From the NCBI RefSeq assembly GCF_964188315.1, contig NC_135662.1, positions 38,936,001 through 39,000,000 of the forward strand: a stretch of DNA of 64,000 nucleotides, in the 5' to 3' direction. The translations under genes and the position numbers were made by a program. Under the pieces are notes generated by a model. That model worked only from the letters and a program-made list of their open reading frames with translations. It made no database searches and was not told where the DNA came from. This DNA is from Podarcis muralis. Taxonomy: Eukaryota. This document shows, piece by piece, positions 48,782-61,856 of the stretch (position 1 is the stretch's first letter; the number at the start of each line of letters is the position of its first letter).

Positions 48782-50219
48782 GTAAGTTAATTGGTTTTTC
48801 CCCCATTTCCAGTGCTTGTTGGTATGTGGGTATCTTATTTCAGTGCAGACAGCTTTCTGCTTGCTGCCCACTTTAAATTGGTTTGCAAGGCTAGAGCCTA
48901 TGCACCAAGTGGCCTTTAGTGATTTTAGTGGAGCTTGTGTGCTTTATCTGCTGAAATGATCAGCGGTGGCCGAGCAGCAATGCCTTGTGGAATAAGCTTT
49001 CTGTGATCAACATCTGCTAGGTTCTGCCTACACTCCGTACTTTGTGGAAAGTACCTTTGATACAGTTAGTAAGATTGCATTTACAGCTTGGAACAAGTGT
49101 GGCTGAAACCATTAATAGATGAATCAGTTAACCTTTTTCAAAAATAAAAAACCCCCACAGAGATATGCATTTATTTTTATTAACATTCCCAACTACATCC
49201 TACAGAACAGCACTTTATCCATTGCATATAGCGTAAATTGTATAAGATCATCATTAATCAAATATAAATAATGAGCCCACTTACCCATTTTATCTTGAAC
49301 AGTCAAATATTAGGGGAGTAACTTTTCATCTTATTGCTGTTTTAAGTTTGTCTGTTGACACTCTAAGGCTTTTCTTAGGCTGTCCGTAGTTATTTCTTTA
49401 TGATATTCATTATGTGGATTAATATTTTAATTCTGTCTATTTCTTAAATTCTGTTAGTTGCTTTGATTGCCTCTGTAAAGAGGGGAGTAGCAGGATAATA
49501 AAACATTGTGGTACATGTGGTCAGGAAAGCTGTGGTTGGTGGTTACGCTATTGTCACAGGTATGCTATATATTTGCTGATGTGTTTCTCCCCTTCAAAGG
49601 AAGTAAGAAAAATACATTTTGCATGAAATATGCAAAGCATTTCTCACTGGACATATGCATAACTTCTTTGATTTCCATGTACATGTGCAAGCCAGTTCTG
49701 TCTGCTTGGCAACAAATCTTTTATTGGCCCGATGACCTCCTTGAATTTTTTTTTAAACAATGCATTTTGTTCTGAATAGTGCAAAATTACCTTAATGTGT
49801 TCTAATATTTTAGATTTGTAGCAATTACATTTTTAAAATAAGACATGCTTAGCACGAAGCATGGTGATTATACAAGCTCAGGCAGCATCTCTTAAGTGCA
49901 CTTACAGGCAGATCTTGGGCTGCTGTACCAAATTACTTTTAAATTAACACATTGTGCTGATATTCTGGGCAAGCATACCACCTGAAAAGTTTAAGCTGAG
50001 AGTGAAAGAATCATAATGAGTCAGAACAGGTAGGGGCCTCAAATCTCCTGCCAGAAGCATGAATCCTCTCCAAAGCAGGGGGAACAAAGAATTGGCTTGC
50101 AAAATCAAACAACGATCCATCTAGTCCAGCATCTAGTTTTGTTTGCTTACAACATTTAAAGACCACTTTTCAACAGAAGTCTGTTCGTGAAGCAGCTTCA
50201 ACAACAATGTACATATGCA

Positions 50220-51283
50220 TTGGCAGACAATGGTGACTTACGGGGGGATGACCCCAAAATGAAATCAGTGGAAAACTTAAGGAGCCAACTTATGGGTTGG
50301 TTGCAATATCACCAGATATGCAACATGTTTAAATTAGATAGAAAGAATGGATTTCTGGACCAAAGCTCACAACTTGAAAAAGAACTCTTACAAAATAAGA
50401 ATAAACTTCTGTCTAAAATGTATAGTTTTTATTGGAATGGGAAAGAAAAGATGAGCTTGTTAAAGCTTCAGTGGCACACTGGGCAATAGATATAGGACAC
50501 AATATAGATCTTAATCTCTGGAAGAAACTTTGGGAAAGCGACCTGAAATTTACTGCATGTTATTCATTGAAAGAGAATTATTTGAAAATGTTTCATAGGT
50601 GGTATTTAACTCTGAGTAGGTTGGCTAAGATTTATAAAACAGAATCAGATACATGTTGGAAGTGTAAAGAAGCGGAGGGAACCTTTTTTCACATGTGGTG
50701 GACATGTAAAAAGGTAAAAGTATATTGGGAAAAGATTTATAATGAATTGAAAAAAATGTTTAAAACTACTCCCCCCCCAAAAAAAAAAACCCTAGTCCTG
50801 TTTGTTGGGAATAACCCAGACATAAATTTCTAGGTGTTAGAAAAGGTTATTTATGTATGCAACAACTGCGGCCTGTGTTTTGTTAGCCCCAAAATGGAAA
50901 GTGAGTGAGGTCCCAACTAAAGAGCGCTGGCAACTTAAGTTGACAGAATATGCAGAACTTGCAGATTTAACACGTAGAATAAGAGAGCAAGAAGAACATA
51001 TATTTTTAAAAGAGTGGAAAACATTTATTGAATTTTTGGAAAATAACTGTATACAGTTGAGAACGCTGGCAGCACTAAGATAAATTCAACAGAGTAAATA
51101 ATTTTTGATGGATCTAAAAGTGGAAAACTGATTTGAATGGTTATAGTAAAATATGCAGGAATGTATAATACGTAAAATGAACCATGGAAGGAGAAGGGAA
51201 GTCAATGAATATTTTAAAGTTTGTAAAATGCTTATTTTGAAATGTAAAATTGAAAACTTAATAAAAATTATTATTTAAAAAAT
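50220..51283 (+). mobile_element. 5'-truncated L1-clade LINE
   Basis: ORF2 C-terminal zinc knuckle CWKCKEAEGTFFHMWWTC; AATAAA and short A tail; 16-bp TSD ACAATGTACATATGCA at 50204-50219 and 51284-51299. Confidence 0.92.
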
Positions 51284-51468
51284 ACAATGTACATATGCAA
51301 GTGAAAACAATCCATACAGAATAGAACTATGTTTATATAGAACTATGTTTCAACTATGTTTATAAAATTAAGCATCAAGAATCTCAGCTGATCTCCAAGT
51401 GCCCCAAGGATAAAACTGTCTCCGTCTGTTTTCTAACTGTGTTTCCTTTCCATTTATGCTGCTTGCAG

Positions 51469-51582
51469 GAAAATCACCAACGTGTTAGTATTTTCTTTGA
51501 CTATGCAAAACGCGGCAAGAACACTGCATGGTCCTATTTCCTTCCTATGTTGAATCGTCAAGATCTTTTCACTGTGCACATG
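51469..51582 (+). CDS. ATP6V1H: ATP6V1H exon 5 (ENHQRVSIFFDYAKRGKNTAWSYFLPMLNRQDLFTVHM)
   Basis: cag| ... ATG|gtaagc; 114 nt. Confidence 0.98.
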
Positions 51583-52367
51583 GTAAGCTTTCCGATCAGT
51601 CAAATAGCCTGGGTTTGAGAGGGGACCTTTGGTTGCAAAACTTAGGACAGATTTATTAGACCTTCAATATCAATGTCCTGTCAGCACTTTATAATTAAGG
51701 GTTATATAAATTGTCCATTAACAACACAACAGCTTTATTTAAAGTATGGTATTTAAGTTTTCCATGGAAGGAAGGCATTCCTAGCAGTATTCCTGCATTA
51801 TCTGACTATAAAATTTTCAGAGACCAAGCCAGAGTACAATATGGATGTGCTGTATGACCCATCAGTGTCACCTTGTTTGAAGTGTTGATTTAAACAGGAC
51901 CAGGGTAAAGGACTTAGTTTTACATGAACATTATTAGATTTAGCTGTAATGCTCAGCCTCTCTCTTTCTCCAAACCTTTAGAATGGGACAGTTCATAAAT
52001 ATAAACTAATGACTAGGTTTTCTTTTTAAACTGCTAGCCTTTTCTTCTAATGCCCCTTTTCACGCCTCTCTTTCATGCTGTTGCTCCTCAGGTTGGCAAA
52101 TGTTTAGCTAATCAAAAGCCAGCGATAAATTGCATTTTAAAACAGCCATATATTATTATCAGTAAAGAGGTTGAACCAACCGGATTAGTAAGAGGGATGA
52201 TGTGGTAGAGGGGTTATGCTATTTGATTGTCTTCTCACAAGAGTCTAGTGGCTCTTAAAGACTAACAAATTTACTATGGCATAAGTGTTTGTGAACTGCA
52301 GTCCTCTTCCTTGGATACAACTAAGGTTCTTAGATTGTAACGCTCCTGTTTAAAAGGTATTAATATT

Positions 52368-52944
52368 TAGGAACATAGAAAACTGCCTTATACAGAGTCA
52401 GACTGCTGGTAAAAAGGTAAAAGGTAAAGGACCCCTGGATGGTTAAGTCCAGGCAAAAGTGACTATGGGGTTGTGGCGCCCATCTCGATTTCAGGCCAAG
52501 GGAGCCAGTGTTTGTCCACAGACAGCTTTCTGGGTCATGTGGCCAGCATGACTAAACCACTTCTGGCGCAACAGAACACCATGACGGAAACCAAAGCACA
52601 TGGAAACGCCGTTTACCTTCCCGCTGCAGCAGTACCTATTTATCTACTTGCACTGGCGTGCTTTCGAACCGCTAGGTTGGCAGGAGATGGGAAAGAGCAA
52701 TGGGAGCTCATCCCATCGTGAGGATTTGAACATCCAACCTTCTGGTCGGCAAGCCCAAGAGGCTTAGTGGTTTAGACCACAGCGCCACCCACATCCCTAG
52801 CTTAGTACTGCCTTGACATTGACTGCCAGTGGTTCTCTAGTGTTTCAAAAGAGTCTTTCCCATCTCTGCTTTGAGATGCAGGAAGTTGAACACAGGACCT
52901 TCTACATGCAAGGTGTATGTGCTACCGCTGAACAATGGCTCCTC
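52368..52944 (-). mobile_element. tRNA-derived SINE with CR1-like tail (Squam3-like), split by a Sauria SINE
   Basis: Minus-strand head gaggagccattgttcagcggtagcac...catgtagaaggtcctgtgttcaac and tail gactctgtataaggcagttttctatgttccta, found on either side of the Sauria SINE. Confidence 0.7.
52411..52797 (-). mobile_element. Sauria SINE
   Basis: GGGATGTGGGTGGCGCTGTGGTCTAAACC head and (ACCTTT)n tail on the minus strand. Confidence 0.92.
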
Positions 52945-53020
52945 TGCTGTATCCATTGATGTTATTGCAAAATCTATGATAATATGTGTCTGAGTTTATG
53001 CTTTCTGCACTTTCTTTCAG

Positions 53021-53125
53021 GCAGCCAGAATTATTGCCAAGCTAGCAGCTTGGGGAAGAGAACTGATGGAAGGCAGCGATTTAAATTATTATTTCAATTG
53101 GATAAAGACCCAGCTTAGTTCACAG
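53021..53125 (+). CDS. ATP6V1H: ATP6V1H exon 6 ([35 protein letters not shown])
   Basis: ttcag| ... CAG|gtaatt; 105 nt. Confidence 0.98.
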
Positions 53126-54040
53126 GTAATTATATTATAGTCTAGTGCAGCTCCCCTTGGCCAACAGCTGGGGATGATGATAGTTGTACGGCAAAACACT
53201 TGGAGGTCACCAGGTTGGGATCTGGTGATATTGCAGTGTTTATAAACAGCTATATTTGGCAGATCTACAAATTCGACTACTTGTATTTAATCATGACTTT
53301 AGCTCATGCTCCACAACAAACTTCTCCTGTGCAAGCCCCAATGAGCCCTTAAATTCAAATCAGTAAATGCATTTAAATCTGAATAATGTCCTTTACCTGA
53401 TTTTTGTGAATAGTAGTGTGTGTAGCTGCAGTGGGGAATTGTACATACTAAGTTATTGGAACTTTTCCCTACAGTGTGTATTACAGTGGCCAGGCTCTTG
53501 GGGCAGGATATATTTTGGCTGCTTTGTGTGCTACCAGATATATATTGATGGAGCTAAATTCCCTATTACTTAAAATACACATATTTTATTGAAACACTCG
53601 GCCAATTAAGCATTTTTCAAGTTCATTAATGTAAGAGGATTAAATACTTCAAATGTGCAGAATATCTAAATGTACTGAAGCGTATCAATGTACAGAAAAT
53701 GCTCATTACTTGGCTTGAAATGTTGGTACTTTGTGGCTATGCTCTGAGTCAAATGTGGGAAGTACTGAAAGAGAATAAAGTATTTCCCCTTTTGGATAGT
53801 GGGAGCAAATGTGCCATGGCCAACCATTTGGAAGCAGAATAGGAGTCACCCCAGATGTGTGACTAACTGCCACCCTTGTGAGCAATATTTAGGGGATGGT
53901 CGGAAATTTATTTCCAATTCAGTCAGGCGTAGGAAAATAAATATATGTATATATCTCTCTCATTAGGCTATATGTGTAGATTTGTACATAAGGGCTGTCT
54001 TGTTACGAATTAAAATGTAACTTTCTCCTTTCCATGCTAG

Positions 54041-54082
54041 AAACTACGCAGCAGTGGTAGTGCTAACGATTCTGGAACAGAT
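54041..54082 (+). CDS. ATP6V1H: ATP6V1H small (alternative) exon 7 (KLRSSGSANDSGTD)
   Basis: ctttctcctttccatgctag|AAA CTA CGC ... GAT|gtaagt; 42 nt, phase 0-0; homologous to human KLRGSGVAVETGTVSSSD. Confidence 0.88.
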
Positions 54083-56983
54083 GTAAGTATCTGTGCATAA
54101 TTTGTTAATCCTTTTCTTGATACAGTGGGCTAGAAACACTCAAATCAGTGGGAGATGTTGGCCTTGACTACTTTGTTCAAAGGAACTAAAGTATGACTAA
54201 CTTAAACTACAGTCCTAACTCCATATATCTCGGAGTGTGCCCCGTGGACTTCATAGGACTTACTTCTGCATGGACATCATTAGGACTGCACTGTTTATCT
54301 AGATCTAGCCCGGAGTATTGTTTCTTGTGGGGCACTGATGCTAGGAAGGCTCGTCTATTAACCTAGGTTGAAATATATTTTCCAAATATATTAATTTAGA
54401 AGATTTGTACTCTCAACGCAGTTTACAGACAATGGGTGATACCCATAAACTCAGAGTTCACTGGGACTTGCAAACCAACCCACAATTCAACAGCCCTTAG
54501 TTCTCTGGCTGATGGATGGGGCCAGAGCATGTACCTCTTTGGTTCTACAGTCCTAGGGCAGCTGGCACTTGGAGCAGAATGTTTTCTGGGAGGGAAAGAT
54601 CCATGCAGCTGTTACATCTCTGACCAGTAGATTGGTCTTCCCCATGCCGTGATGTTTTTCCTGGGAGGCTGGGCAATAGGGTTCTGGCCAATAAAGCAAT
54701 AGAGACTTTGAATAATAGATCAAATCAGCTTCTGAGTTTGAGGTTTCTTTCCAGGATCTCTCTGTCTTGTAAATCTCTGCAGCCAGCTCCTCGATCATTT
54801 ACGGCTGGGATGAGGAGCTTGTGGTCCTCCCAGATGTTGCTGGATTCCAACTTCATTAACCCCAGTCAGTTGTGATTTATAATCCAGCAACATCTGGAGG
54901 GCCAGATGTTTATGGCATGGTTGTTTTCAGGGTGATCCTAAGCATGTGGCACTGTCAGATCCCACAGGAATATTATCCATCTTTGCACTTTTGAACAATC
55001 ACTACGATATGATGGCATTGAAATCGGTGAAACTATACATGCAATAATATTTTATCCTTTATGAAGATCTTATTTGTTTAGCTTATATTTTGATAAGAGA
55101 GCAGTCCCACAGTTGTGGGGTGGTTGTTTTTAAAGTAATGAAACCAGGCATACGTTTGGCTCACTCTCTGGGTATCTGTACTGTAAAACTGCAACCTGTG
55201 ATCCCCAGCCTCGCCCAACCTGTTTAGCCTTCGCAGGTTACTATTCTGTTGTTGATGATATTGCAGGAAGTTTTTGTGAGATTTGATCTGGAGAAGACAG
55301 TTCTGTAGTTAACAAATAAAAATAAAACAAGTGTTTCTTATCCATTGGCACAGTAAATTTGGAGGGGAAATAGAGCTCTGCAGAGAACATTGTTGTGCTA
55401 AAAATTACTCTCTCCATTTCCTTCTGTGAATACTTGTTAGGTACGTTAATATTATAATTCTCATGGATTAGCAGTCCATTAAGCTGCAGATGCTTCAGAA
55501 AGCAATTGTAAAATGTCATTTATCTCAAAAGCTGTACTGCTCAGTATTGCCACTTGATGTCTCTAAGAAATAAAAAACATTCCCGACAATTCAGGCTATA
55601 CCAAATCTTCTTGGAATCTGAAATGTAATCAGGTGTAATATTTATTATCATTAGGGACTCATGTAATAGCTGTGCAGTTATCCTGGGGCACAGGGTTGAA
55701 GGGAGGGAATAACTGAATGTTTAAAACAATAGTACTTAGATTCCAAAATGGGTAAAAGGAAGCTGATTTTAACTCAGTTTCCTGTTCAACTTATTTAAAT
55801 GAATACTGAGTCAACTTAAGTCTTTCTTTGACAGTTGACAATCTGAGGGGTTTTGGAGTTGATGTGCACATCAAATGACCAGGCAACTCTACGAAACTCA
55901 CAGGGTGACCTTGGGCTAGTGACTGCCTCTCAGCCTGGCCTACTTCATAAGGTTGTTGTGGGGATTAAATGAGGAGAGGGAGAACCATGTATGCCACTTT
56001 GAGCTCCTTGGAGAAAAAGCTGCGATATAAATGCAGTAAATAAGCAACACTTTGCATTCCTTCAGTTTAGCTTGAGGATTTATTTCATAGAAGCAGTTTA
56101 TGGAGACTAACCTGAGATAAATGGGCAGCTCTGGAGATGTATTATAAACACAATTTCTGCTGCACTTAATTTGCATATGGTTGGATGTAATTAAACATAA
56201 TTTATTTTTTCGTAAATGTGGCACCTGCAATACTATACTATGTGTTGAAGGGTTTGGGGAAAAGATTGGTGAATTCTCAGTTATGGATTAGCTTGAAAAT
56301 CCTTTATTTATTTGTTTAAAATGTATTTTCTGCCTTCCATAAGGATCCTAAGGGTCTGGTTTATAGGAAAATAAATAAAAACAAATGCAAGGAGGATCAA
56401 AAAATCTGAAAAGGTTATTCACTTTTAATTTTTTTGGTGATGGCAGCTTTCTTAGATGTTCCAGCTTTTTGTTAAAAACAACAACAAAAACCTATGGCAG
56501 ACCAACACGGCTACCCATCTGTAACAAAAACCTGTTTACAATGCTTGCTGCCAAGTCAAGGCATGTTCCTGAGACAGTTCTATCCAGAACAGTTGAGCAA
56601 GACAAAGGGAATGCTTTGAAATTCTCACTACTTCCATAGTGGTCCAGGTCTCTTAGGATTTGTGTGCTTGGGAATCATGAATGGAAAAGCATGGAAGGTT
56701 GGACTCATCATGCTAGTCTGATGTGCCACCAAAGAGTTTTAAGTGTTGCCTGAAGGGAGCCCTGTATCGGGAAGTTTTTAATATTGGCAGTCTACTAGAT
56801 ATGAGGAAAAGTAAGAGGGCTATATCTGGTTGGAGCTTTTGATCCTATTTCCACATGTGTTTGGTATGGATATTAAAGAATGGTGAGAATACTACCAGTG
56901 ATTTTGGTTTTCTGCTATTTGCTGATGCAATACAGGAAGGATGGTGGTTTCGGTGATTTGGGGTTATTTATGACTTTGCTTAG

Positions 56984-57337
56984 GGGACGCGGGTGGCACT
57001 GTGCTCTAAACCACTGAGCCTAGGCCTTGCCGATTAGAATGTCAGCGGTTTGAATCCCCACGACAGGGTGAGCTCCCGTTGCTCGGTCCCTGCTCCTGCC
57101 AACCTAGCAGTTCGAAAGCACATCAAGGTGCAAGTAGATAAATAGGTACCGCTCCGGCGGGAAGGTAAACAGTGTTTCCATGCACTGCTCTGGTTCGCCA
57201 GAGGCTTAGTCATGCTGGCCACATGACCCGGAAGCTGTACGCCAGCTCCCTCGGCCAGTAAAACGAGATAAGCACCGCAACCCTAGAGTCGTCCACGACT
57301 GGACCTAATGGTCAGGGTTCCCTTTACCTTTACCTTT
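56984..57337 (+). mobile_element. Sauria SINE
   Basis: GGGACGCGGGTGGCACTGTGCTCTAAACCAC head; (ACCTTT)n tail. Confidence 0.92.
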
Positions 57338-57439
57338 ATAACTGCTTTAAATAGGAGCATTTTTTGAGGTGTAAAGAAAATTGAACCCTGTTGGTCTTAT
57401 TCATGTGCATTTTCAAACTTTGAATCTAAGTGTAGAGAA

Positions 57440-57440
<1 letters not shown>

Positions 57441-57486
<46 letters not shown>
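57441..57486. repeat. (AAT)n microsatellite adjoining an L2 tail
   Basis: About 15 AAT units. Confidence 0.93.
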
Positions 57487-57488
<2 letters not shown>

Positions 57489-57489
57489 T

Positions 57490-57833
57490 TTAAAAATAAT
57501 AATTTATTATTTATACTCGACCATCTGGCTGGGCTTCCCCAGCCACTCTGGGCAGCTTCCAACAAGATATTAAAATACAGTAATCCACCAAACATCAAAA
57601 GTTTCTCTAAACAGGGCTGCCTTCAGATGTCTTCTAAAAGTCTGGTAATTGCTGCTCTCTTTGACATCTGCTGGGAGGGCGTTCCACAGGGCGGGTGCCA
57701 CTACCAAGAAGGCCCTCTGCCTGGTTCCCTGTAACTTGGCTTCTCACAGTGAGGGAATCGCCAGAAGGCCCTCAGTGCTGGACCTCGGTGTCCAGGTAGA
57801 ACGATGGGGGTGTAGATGCTCCTTCAGGTATAC
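57490..57833 (-). mobile_element. L2 LINE 3' end
   Basis: Reverse complement of the L2 3' end seen at 36340-36953. Confidence 0.88.
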
Positions 57834-58922
57834 AGAAAAGCATGTATCCTTTACATTGAGATAGTGTATCTTCTTCTTTTTAATAAGCTTTTTATTAAAG
57901 TTTTTCACAATGCAGAAAGATTATTAGAGATAACATACCTTCTGTCGTGTGTACATAGGTTAGGAAACAGTTCTTCAGCTTCCTAGCTACTGTATTCATA
58001 GCAAAATAAAATTGATTACTGTATATTGTGTGTATTCTTTTTCTCTGAAAATGTCATGGCTGCTCGCTGCAAGTTCAGGGACGACTTTGAAAAGAGAGTA
58101 GGAGTTTGTGAGTTGTGCTGTAAAACAATGCAGTTCTGTAATTGCTTTGAGGCAGTTTGACAATGCAGTTGAAGCCTTACAAATTTGCCCCGGGTTCCAT
58201 AGTTGGTTGGATACAAGTTTGGAATAGAGGCGATGCTTTCAAATGAACACATAATCTATTGAATTACAGGTCCTTGGATTGCTGTTGTTGTTGTTTTATA
58301 TAATGTTGTTGGAGTAACCTGACAGTGAACTGCATTCAGTAGTAGCTTGGGCTAATGTTTATTTGTTTCTCTTCCATTTCATTTATATTCTTTGAAATGT
58401 TGTTACTCAGAAATTGTTCTGAAAAGACTGACTTTGCTCTGTGTCAGAGATGGGCAACCTCTTTTTTTTCTATCACGGGCTGCATTGCCCTGTGGATAAT
58501 CTGTCAGGGATCCCAGGCCAGTTGGGGTGGAGCCAAAGCTGATGTTGGGTGAAGGGATGGATTTAACTCATCTGGAATGAAGGCTGCCCTGCTTCAGTTT
58601 CCCCTGTGGCTGCCTCTGATTAGAATTCTCAATCCTAAGAAGGCAAACTCAGAAGTAAGCCCCACTGGGGTTAGTGCAGTTATTCTCAATTAAGTATATA
58701 CAAGGGATTTCTTTGCACAACAGACCAATAGAGCTATGTTTCTAGAAAGCAAGTGAAGGTACTTTCTTTTGGACTCGGGGGAAGGGATAGCCACTGTGGT
58801 GCTCTCTAGATGCTGCTGGCCTACAACTCCCATCAGCCACAGCCACTGTGGCCAATGGTCAGGGGTGATAGGAGTTGTAGTCCACCAACATCTGTAGGAC
58901 ACCAGGTTGTGAGTGCTACATA

Positions 58923-59387
58923 CAGTGGTGCCTTGGTTCTCAAACTTAAACTGTTCCAAAACCAAAATGTTCCAAAATGAAGGCATGGTTTTCCATAGAA
59001 AGTAATGCAAAGTGGATTAATCTGTTCCAGACTTTTAAAAACAACTCCTAAAACAGCAGTTTAACATGAATTTTACTATCTAACTAGACCACTGATCCAT
59101 AAAATGAAAGCAATAATCAATGTACCGCAGTCACACAATCAATCAATCAGTAGCTCAACTGGGTTCCACACAGTCACAAAAACAAAAGAGCTGCAAAAAC
59201 GAAATACGGTAAATAGTAAAAACAGACAGACCTCAGCATAACACTCAAAACAGAAGCGTGGCACTCAAAACTGAGGATGTTCGGCTTCCCAAAGAAGTTC
59301 GCAAACCGGATACTTACTTCTGGGTTTGCAGTGTTTGAGTTCCAAGTTGTTTGAGTACCAAGGCACTTAAGAACCAAGGTACCATTG
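58923..59387. mobile_element. Tc1/mariner MITE
   Basis: CAGTGGTGCCTTGGTTCT / AGAACCAAGGTACCATTG; TA TSD. Confidence 0.88.
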
Positions 59388-59936
59388 TACACACATGCAC
59401 AAACACAACAGAAGCCTACCAGATTGTTCTCAAACAGCTAAGTGGGGGAAAGCCACACAACCAAAAATATATATAACAAATAATTGTCCAAGAAAATAAT
59501 TGCCACTTATAGTTGTTCTGAAACTATATAGGAAGAGGTGGGAAACTTTTCTAAAAGCTAGGGAAAATGAGGGAATTTTAAAAGGAAGGAAGGAACTCTG
59601 AAGGAATAGAAGAATAGGGGAACTTTAGGAGGACACTGGTTCCCTATGTACTGACCATGTGCTGTATTTTTCATTAAGCATCTAATAAAAGACTTACTTG
59701 GGAGCAGAGGGGAAATCTGGAATTCAAGCAGAATATGTTAACAATAACATTATGCTCTTGCTCACTGTGGCATGAATGTTGTTAGCCTTAGTGACTAAAC
59801 ACAACTTTGAAATAACAACAGGCACTGATGGCAGTGGGCTGGCTTTTGTTACAGTAAAAGAGACAGTGATAATTGGAGACAGTGCAACAACAGGATATAT
59901 GTATTTTTTGTAATGGTGTATTCTTCTTTCATGTAG

Positions 59937-60034
59937 AGTTCACAATATGTCCAGTGTGTCGCCGGGTGCTTGCAGTTGATGCTCAGGGTCAATGAATACC
60001 GTTTTGCATGGGTCGAATCAGATGGAGTTAGCTG
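59937..60034 (+). CDS. ATP6V1H: ATP6V1H exon 8 (SSQYVQCVAGCLQLMLRVNEYRFAWVESDGVSC)
   Basis: gtag| ... TG|gtgagt; 98 nt. Confidence 0.98.
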
Positions 60035-60169
60035 GTGAGTATTTGTTGTACTGAAAAAGATGAGCTTCTAGTATATCCGTGATGAAAGTGTTTTCCTACT
60101 GACTTATGCATTCTATTGAGCTGTTAAAAGAGTCCTTGGATAAGTTTCCAAATCTAAAACAGTGTTGTA

Positions 60170-60411
60170 CAGTCGTATGTTGGATCCCGAATGCCTTGGC
60201 TCCTGAACAAATCGGCTCCCGAATGAACGAAACCCAGAAGTGATGGTTCCGGTTTTTGAATAATTTTGGAAGCTGAACATCTGGTGTGGCTTCTGCAGCT
60301 TATGATTGGCTGCAGGACGATCCTGCAGCCAATTGGAAGCAGTGCTTTGGTTTCTGAACGTTTTGGAAGTTGAACGGACTTCTGGAACGGATTCTGTTCG
60401 GCTTCCGACTG
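60170..60411. mobile_element. Tc1/mariner-type MITE with internal palindrome
   Basis: Ends CAGTCG / CGACTG with TA flanks; internal GATTGGCTGCAGGA-cga-TCCTGCAGCCAAT at 60304-60333. Confidence 0.75.
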
Positions 60412-61425
60412 TAGTCCTATCTCCTAAATAATTCTGGGTATTGTTCTGTGAGCAGACTGGATTCTTTAACAAAATTCTGTTTACTTCCCAAATAACTCCC
60501 TTGATGAGAGTCCATGATATTTTTAAAGAACAGTTTGTTTGCACTGTATATATAACTTCAGTTGTCTCAATCGTGTATGCAGTATGGACTTCTGTAACTT
60601 TGCTCAAGAATGCATGTAGATGTTTAGGAGTGATGGATAATATAGCTGGGCTTCTGAAAAGCCTTTGACACAGTCCGTAACCATAGCTACTGAGTAAACT
60701 TAGCAGTCATGCGATAGAAAGACTGATTCTATTCTGAGAGACAAGGAAAATCTGTGCCTCTTGGGAAGTTGTTGAATTCCAATCCCTCAGCCAACATGGC
60801 TAGTGGTTTGGGATGGTGGCCATATGGAGGGCGAAATGTTAGCAAACCCTGTTCCAAAAGTTCCCTTAACTATGCTCAGAGATGCATAGATGTAAATTTT
60901 GAAGTTTTATCACAGCAGCCCATATACAGGCCCCAAGGAAAGTTCAAAAATTCTGGCAGCATAATTTGTAGTTTTATTAGGTCTAGCATGACTATAATTT
61001 CATTGTTTCACGATAGCAAGCACCATTATATACATCAGTGTATACAGGTTCAGATTTCAAACGCATTCCACTTTAACAAAAGATCTTAAGCCAGTTAAAA
61101 TGTAACCTTTGGCTTTCACTTAGAAATGCAAACCATCTTGTAAAGAATTGTTACCATTTGAACTCCTGTTGGGAAGTAGGAACTTCGTCAAAGAAAAGGA
61201 AGGCAATACCAGGCTCTGCTTGATTATTTCTCTCATTTCGAGACTTCCTCTGTATTCTGATTTGTCACAAAACAACAACAACAACAGTGAAACCCTGCAA
61301 TCTCAGTATTGCCTTGTTCATTTGCTGGAGCAAGGAGGGTCCATCAGATACCCTGTTGTTCCAGCAGATGATTTCACCTCTGCTGTGAATAAAGTAACTG
61401 AGCTTTGCTCCCTTGCTCCCTTCTC

Positions 61426-61455
61426 TACCCTACCCTACCCTACCCTACCCTACCC
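61426..61455. repeat. (TACCC)6 pentanucleotide repeat
   Basis: Direct sequence. Confidence 0.9.
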
Positions 61456-61663
61456 CTGTCAGACTAAATTGCATTCTATTGTTTGGCTGTTTAGTGTTGG
61501 CTAATTTGTTTAGTGTCTCTCTAATTTGTATGGAAGTATATTTGTGAAAGGCTTTTCTTTTACAAATTCAATGTGTCTGGAAGTGAAGATTTACATTCTG
61601 AATTATAGGCTAGTGAGCAGCTGCCTAATGGTATGTTTCTTATGCTTTATCCCTGCTCTCTAG

Positions 61664-61856
61664 TATCATGGGAGTATTGAGTAACAAATGCGGTTTCCAG
61701 CTTCAGTATCAGATGATTTTCTCTATCTGGCTGCTGGCATTCAGTCCTCAAATGTGTGAATATTTGCGGCGTTATAATATTGTCCCAGTCCTGTCTGACA
61801 TCCTTCAGGAGTCTGTAAAAGAGAAAGTCACTAGGATCATTCTTGCAGCATTTCGG
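61664..61856 (+). CDS. ATP6V1H: ATP6V1H exon 9 (IMGVLSNKCGFQLQYQMIF...KVTRIILAAFR)
   Basis: ctag| ... CGG|gtgagt; 193 nt. Confidence 0.98.
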
